This document shows positions 42,424-46,534 of a stretch of 46,534 nucleotides of DNA, in pieces. A program made the translations under genes and the position numbers. The stretch lies in the IMG/VR virus record IMGVR_UViG_2667527666_000009; one strand, 5' to 3'. This DNA comes from a virus (taxonomy: Duplodnaviria > Heunggongvirae > Uroviricota > Caudoviricetes). Below the pieces are notes generated by a model. That model searched no databases. It was not told where the DNA came from and was given only the letters and a program-made list of their open reading frames with translations. Every line of letters starts with the position of its first letter. The stretch's first letter is position 1.

Positions 42424-44895
42424 ATGAGTAAAGTCTTTATTTGCGCCGCTATTCCTGACGAACTGGCAACAAGGGAAGAAGGCGCTGTGGCTGTAGCCAC
42501 AGCCATTGAAGCTGGCGACGAACGCCGTGCTCGAGCAAAATTTCACTGGCAATTCCTGGAACATTATCCGGCTGCTCAGGACTGCGCTTATAAATTTATT
42601 GTCTGCGAGGATAAACCTGGCATACCCCGCCCTGCCCTCGATTCATGGGATGCTGAATATATGCAGGAAAACCGCTGGGATGAGGAGTCTGCTTCTTTTG
42701 TCCCGGTTGAGACTGAATCCGATCCGATGAACGTCACTTTTGACAAGCTGGCCCCTGAAGTACAGAACGCTGTCATGGTTAAGTTCGACACATGTGAAAA
42801 CATCACCGTTGATATGGTTATTAGCGCACAGGAATTGTTGCAGGAAGACATGGCAACATTCGACGGACATATCGTTGAAGCGTTGATGAAAATGCCAGAA
42901 GTTAACGCCATGTATCCGGAGCTTAAGTTGCACGCCATTGGGTGGGTTAAGCATAAATGTATTCCTGGTGCTAAATGGCCCGAAATTCAGGCAGAGATGC
43001 GCATCTGGAAAAAACGTCGCGAAGGTGAACGCAAGGAAACCGGAAAATACACGTCTGTTGTTGATCTCGCCCGCGCCAGAGCCAATCAACAGTACACTGA
43101 AAATTCAACAGGAAAAATCAGCCCGGTCATTGCTGCCATTCATCGCGAATACAAGCAGACATGGAAAACACTGGATGACGAACTGGCCTACGCTCTCTGG
43201 CCTGGTGATGTGGATGCCGGAAACATTGACGGCAGCATCCATCGCTGGGCAAAAAAAGAAGTTATCGACAACGACCGCGAAGACTGGAAGCGTATCTCGG
43301 CATCAATGCGCAAACAGCCTGATGCCCTTCGCTACGACCGCCAAACTATTTTTGGCCTTGTCCGTGAGCGTCCGATCGACATTCACAAAGATCCCGTAGC
43401 ACTGAACAAATATATCTGCGAATACCTGACGACAAAGGGCGTGTTTGAGAATGAAGAAACAGACCTGGGCACTGTTGATGTTCTCCAGTCATCAGAAACA
43501 CAAACTGATGCAGTGGAAACTGAGGTATCTGATATCCCAAAAAATGAAACCGCGCCGGAAGCTGAACCATCTGTAGAGCGTGAGGGGCCGTTCTATTTCC
43601 TCTTCGCAGATAAGGACGGAGAAAAATACGGTCGCGCAAACAAACTCTCTGGTCTGGATAAGGCACTGGCTGCTGGCGCCACTGAAATCACAAAAGAAGA
43701 ATATTTTGCCCGAAAAAATGGCACATACACGGGCTTACCGCAAAATGTAGATACCGCTGAAGATTCAGAACAACCAGAGCCGATAAAAGTTACCGCTGAC
43801 GAAGTAAACAAAATTATGCAGGCAGCCAATATCAGCCAGCCTGACGCCGATAAGTTGCTTGCTGCATCACGTGGTGAATTTGTTGAAGGGATTAGTGACC
43901 CGAATGATCCGAAATGGGTTAAGGGGATCCAGACCCGCGATTCTGTGAACCAGAACCAGCATGAATCGGAACGGAACTACCAAAAAGCGGAACAAAACAG
44001 CCCAAATGCGTTACAAAACGAGCCAGAAACGAAACAGCCTGAACCAGTGGCGCAACAGGAAGTGGAAAAAGTCTGCACCGCCTGCGGTCAGACCGGCGGC
44101 GGCAACTGCCCTGATTGTGGCGCGGTGATGGGCGACGCAACATACCAGGAAACATTCGATGAAGAGTATCAGGTTGAAGTTCAGGAAGATGATCCGGAGG
44201 AAATGGAAGGCGCTGAACATCCACACAAGGAGAACACTGGCGGCAATCAGCATCACAATAGCGATAATGAAACTGGCGAGACGGCAGATCACTCAATTAA
44301 GGTGAACGGTCATCACGAAATCACATCCACCAGCAGGACGTGTGACCATCTAATGATCGACCTTGAAACCATGGGAAAAAATCCTGATTCCCCGATCATC
44401 TCAATAGGTGCAATATTTTTCGATCCGCAAACCGGAGATATGGGACCGGAATTTAGTAAGACTATCGATCTGGAAACTGCTGGCGGAGTCATTGATCGGG
44501 ACACCATTAAATGGTGGCTTAAGCAATCACGCGAAGCGCAATCTGCCATTATGACCGATGAAATCCCGTTAGATGATGCACTGTTACAATTGCGGGAATT
44601 TATCGACGAAAACTCCGGTGAATTTTTTGTTCAGGTTTGGGGAAATGGAGCCAACTTCGACAACACGATTTTGCGCCGTTCATACGAACGGCAGGGGATC
44701 CCCTGCCCGTGGCGTTACTACAACGATCGCGATGTACGCACAATCGTTGAGCTGGGGAAAGCCATAGAATTCGATGCCAGAACGGCTATTCCATTCGAAG
44801 GTGAGCGCCATAATGCACTTGATGACGCCCGTTACCAGGCAAAATACGTTTCAGTTATCTGGCAAAAACTGATCCCGAGTCAGGCTGATTCTTAA
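42424..44895 (+). CDS. ydfE: YdfE, full length: N-terminal domain, acidic linker, CxxC-x-CxxC zinc ribbon, C-terminal DEDDh 3'-5' exonuclease-like domain
   Basis: ORF 42388..44895; start taken at ATG 42424 (MSKVFICAAIPDELATREEGAVAVA...); C-terminus has Exo I (MIDLET), Exo II (WGNGANFD) and Exo III (HNALDDARYQA) motifs. Confidence 0.75.
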   Translation: MSKVFICAAIPDELATREEGAVAVATAIEAGDERRARAKFHWQFLEHYPAAQDCAYKFIVCEDKPGIPRPALDSWDAEYMQENRWDEESASFVPVETESDPMNVTFDKLAPEVQNAVMVKFDTCENITVDMVISAQELLQEDMATFDGHIVEALMKMPEVNAMYPELKLHAIGWVKHKCIPGAKWPEIQAEMRIWKKRREGERKETGKYTSVVDLARARANQQYTENSTGKISPVIAAIHREYKQTWKTLDDELAYALWPGDVDAGNIDGSIHRWAKKEVIDNDREDWKRISASMRKQPDALRYDRQTIFGLVRERPIDIHKDPVALNKYICEYLTTKGVFENEETDLGTVDVLQSSETQTDAVETEVSDIPKNETAPEAEPSVEREGPFYFLFADKDGEKYGRANKLSGLDKALAAGATEITKEEYFARKNGTYTGLPQNVDTAEDSEQPEPIKVTADEVNKIMQAANISQPDADKLLAASRGEFVEGISDPNDPKWVKGIQTRDSVNQNQHESERNYQKAEQNSPNALQNEPETKQPEPVAQQEVEKVCTACGQTGGGNCPDCGAVMGDATYQETFDEEYQVEVQEDDPEEMEGAEHPHKENTGGNQHHNSDNETGETADHSIKVNGHHEITSTSRTCDHLMIDLETMGKNPDSPIISIGAIFFDPQTGDMGPEFSKTIDLETAGGVIDRDTIKWWLKQSREAQSAIMTDEIPLDDALLQLREFIDENSGEFFVQVWGNGANFDNTILRRSYERQGIPCPWRYYNDRDVRTIVELGKAIEFDARTAIPFEGERHNALDDARYQAKYVSVIWQKLIPSQADS

Positions 44896-44967
44896 TGTTC
44901 AACTGTCGCCGGTTGTGACTGGTATTCTGCAACCGGCGCTCGTCTGATGTAAGAGATAAAGAAATCG

Positions 44968-45219
44968 ATGAGCGAAGTAATCATGATTGTCTCTCCCGGC
45001 AAATGGGTATCCGAAGAGCAGTTAATTGCGCTGAAAGGAATAAAAAAAGGTACGTTAAAAAAGGCCCGGGAAAAATCGTTTATGGAAGGAAGGGAATATA
45101 AGCATGTCGCTCATGACGGTATGCCATGGGATAACAGTCCATGCTTTTACAACCTAGAAGAAATTGATCGCTGGATTGAGCGCCAGGCATCAGCGAGACC
45201 AAGACGTCATCTTACTTGA
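44968..45219 (+). CDS. putative excisionase-like protein
   Basis: 83 aa, basic, immediately upstream of the integrase gene; no confident family. Confidence 0.45.
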   Translation: MSEVIMIVSPGKWVSEEQLIALKGIKKGTLKKAREKSFMEGREYKHVAHDGMPWDNSPCFYNLEEIDRWIERQASARPRRHLT

Positions 45220-45238
45220 CTAAAAGCCACACTAACTA

Positions 45239-46534
45239 ATGAGAGAAGTTGAAATGAAATATCCGACAGGCGTGGAAAACCATGGAGGGAAATTACGTAT
45301 CTGGTTTGTTTATAAAGGCGTAAGAGTCAGGGAAAATCTGGGGGTTCCTGACACAGCAAAAAACAGGCGCGTTGCAGGTGAACTACGCTCCTCTGTTTGT
45401 TACGCAATAAAAACTGGTGTTTTCGACTATGCAAAACAGTTTCCCTCCTCACGCAATCTGGAAAAATTTGGTGAGGCCCGACAAGATTTAACCATAAAAG
45501 AACTGGCTGAAAAATTTCTGGCACTGAAAGAAACTGAAGTCGCCAAAACATCACTCAACACATACCGTGCCGTCATCAAAAATATCCTGAGCATAATCGG
45601 TGAAAAAAATCTTGCCTCATCGATTAATAAAGAAAAATTACTGGAGATTCGTAAAGAGCTACTGACTGGATACCAGATCCCCAAAAGTAACTATATTGTT
45701 ACACAACCAGGGAGATCGGCTGTAACTGTAAATAATTACATGACAAATCTTAACGCCGTGTTCCAGTTTGGTGTTGATAACGGTTACCTGGCAGATAATC
45801 CGTTTAAGGGGATCTCGCCATTAAAGGAATCAAGAACCATTCCGGATCCTCTTTCGCGGGAGGAATTTATCCGTCTTATCGATGCGTGCAGAAATCAGCA
45901 AGCAAAAAATTTATGGTGTGTTTCTGTTTATACTGGCGTTCGCCCTGGTGAGCTGTGTGCACTTGGATGGGAGGACATAGATCTGAAAAATGGAACAATG
46001 ATGATCAGGAGAAATTTAGCAAAAGACCGTTTCACGGTACCAAAAACACAGGCGGGAACCAATCGGGTCATTCATCTTATTAAGCCAGCAATCGACGCTC
46101 TCCGGAGTCAGATGACATTAACGAGACTGAGCAAAGAGCATATCATTGATGTTCACCTCAGAGAGTATGGCAGAACAGAAAAACAAAAATGCACCTTTGT
46201 TTTTCAACCTGAAGTGTCAGCGAGAGTAAAAAATTATGGTGACCATTTTACCGTTGACTCAATAAGGCAGATGTGGGACGCAGCGATAAAACGTGCCGGA
46301 CTCCGCCATCGAAAATCATATCAGTCGAGACATACTTATGCCTGCTGGTCGCTGACAGCTGGTGCTAACCCGGCATTTATAGCAAACCAGATGGGCCATG
46401 CAGATGCGCAAATGGTATTTCAGGTATACGGAAAATGGATGTCTGAAAACAATAATGCACAGGTAGCTTTGTTAAATACACAGTTAAGCGAGTTTGCCCC
46501 AACCATGCCCCATAACGAAGCAATGAAATATTAA
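45239..46534 (+). CDS. intQ: tyrosine site-specific integrase
   Basis: 431 aa ending at the last base of the window; C-terminal catalytic region with R...HxxR...Y-type pattern (RHTYACWSLTAGANPAFIANQMGHADAQMVFQVYGKW); alternative start ATG at 45254. Confidence 0.85.
   Translation: MREVEMKYPTGVENHGGKLRIWFVYKGVRVRENLGVPDTAKNRRVAGELRSSVCYAIKTGVFDYAKQFPSSRNLEKFGEARQDLTIKELAEKFLALKETEVAKTSLNTYRAVIKNILSIIGEKNLASSINKEKLLEIRKELLTGYQIPKSNYIVTQPGRSAVTVNNYMTNLNAVFQFGVDNGYLADNPFKGISPLKESRTIPDPLSREEFIRLIDACRNQQAKNLWCVSVYTGVRPGELCALGWEDIDLKNGTMMIRRNLAKDRFTVPKTQAGTNRVIHLIKPAIDALRSQMTLTRLSKEHIIDVHLREYGRTEKQKCTFVFQPEVSARVKNYGDHFTVDSIRQMWDAAIKRAGLRHRKSYQSRHTYACWSLTAGANPAFIANQMGHADAQMVFQVYGKWMSENNNAQVALLNTQLSEFAPTMPHNEAMKY

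Overview
This window is almost entirely a lambdoid prophage of the Qin type, integrated in an Escherichia/Shigella-like host gene for an MFS transporter (ydfJ, 5'-truncated at the left edge). The prophage lies in reverse orientation to the lambda map. From left to right: ydfK and the Pin invertase; a tail-fibre region (side tail fibre with an internal 189-bp tandem repeat, three small coupled genes, lom); a complete lambda-type tail and head gene set (J, I, K, L, M, H, G/GT, V, U, Z, FII, FI, E, D, C/Nu3, B, W, A, Nu1) ending at an exact lambda cos site; cargo genes (RHH protein, ydfO, frameshifted gnsB, cspI); a lysis cassette (spanins, SAR endolysin, ydfR, pinholin); cspB and cspF; a Q antiterminator fragment cut by a complete IS629; a second transposase; a decayed segment; a replication/immunity region (truncated methyltransferase, initiator, ydaT-like, dicC, dicA); the ydfABC-dicF-dicB-ydfD-ydfE operon; and xis/int at the right edge. 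No tRNA, rRNA or CRISPR array was seen. I did not recognise a known defence system. The most notable points are the IS629-truncated Q (probably crippling late transcription), a homopolymer frameshift in gnsB, the repeat-bearing tail fibre with an orphan S74 chaperone-domain gene, an RHH plus DUF1398 gene pair next to cos, and a full-length ydfE carrying an exonuclease domain. All calls rest on reading the sequence and the supplied ORF track plus recalled family knowledge; no database search was run.
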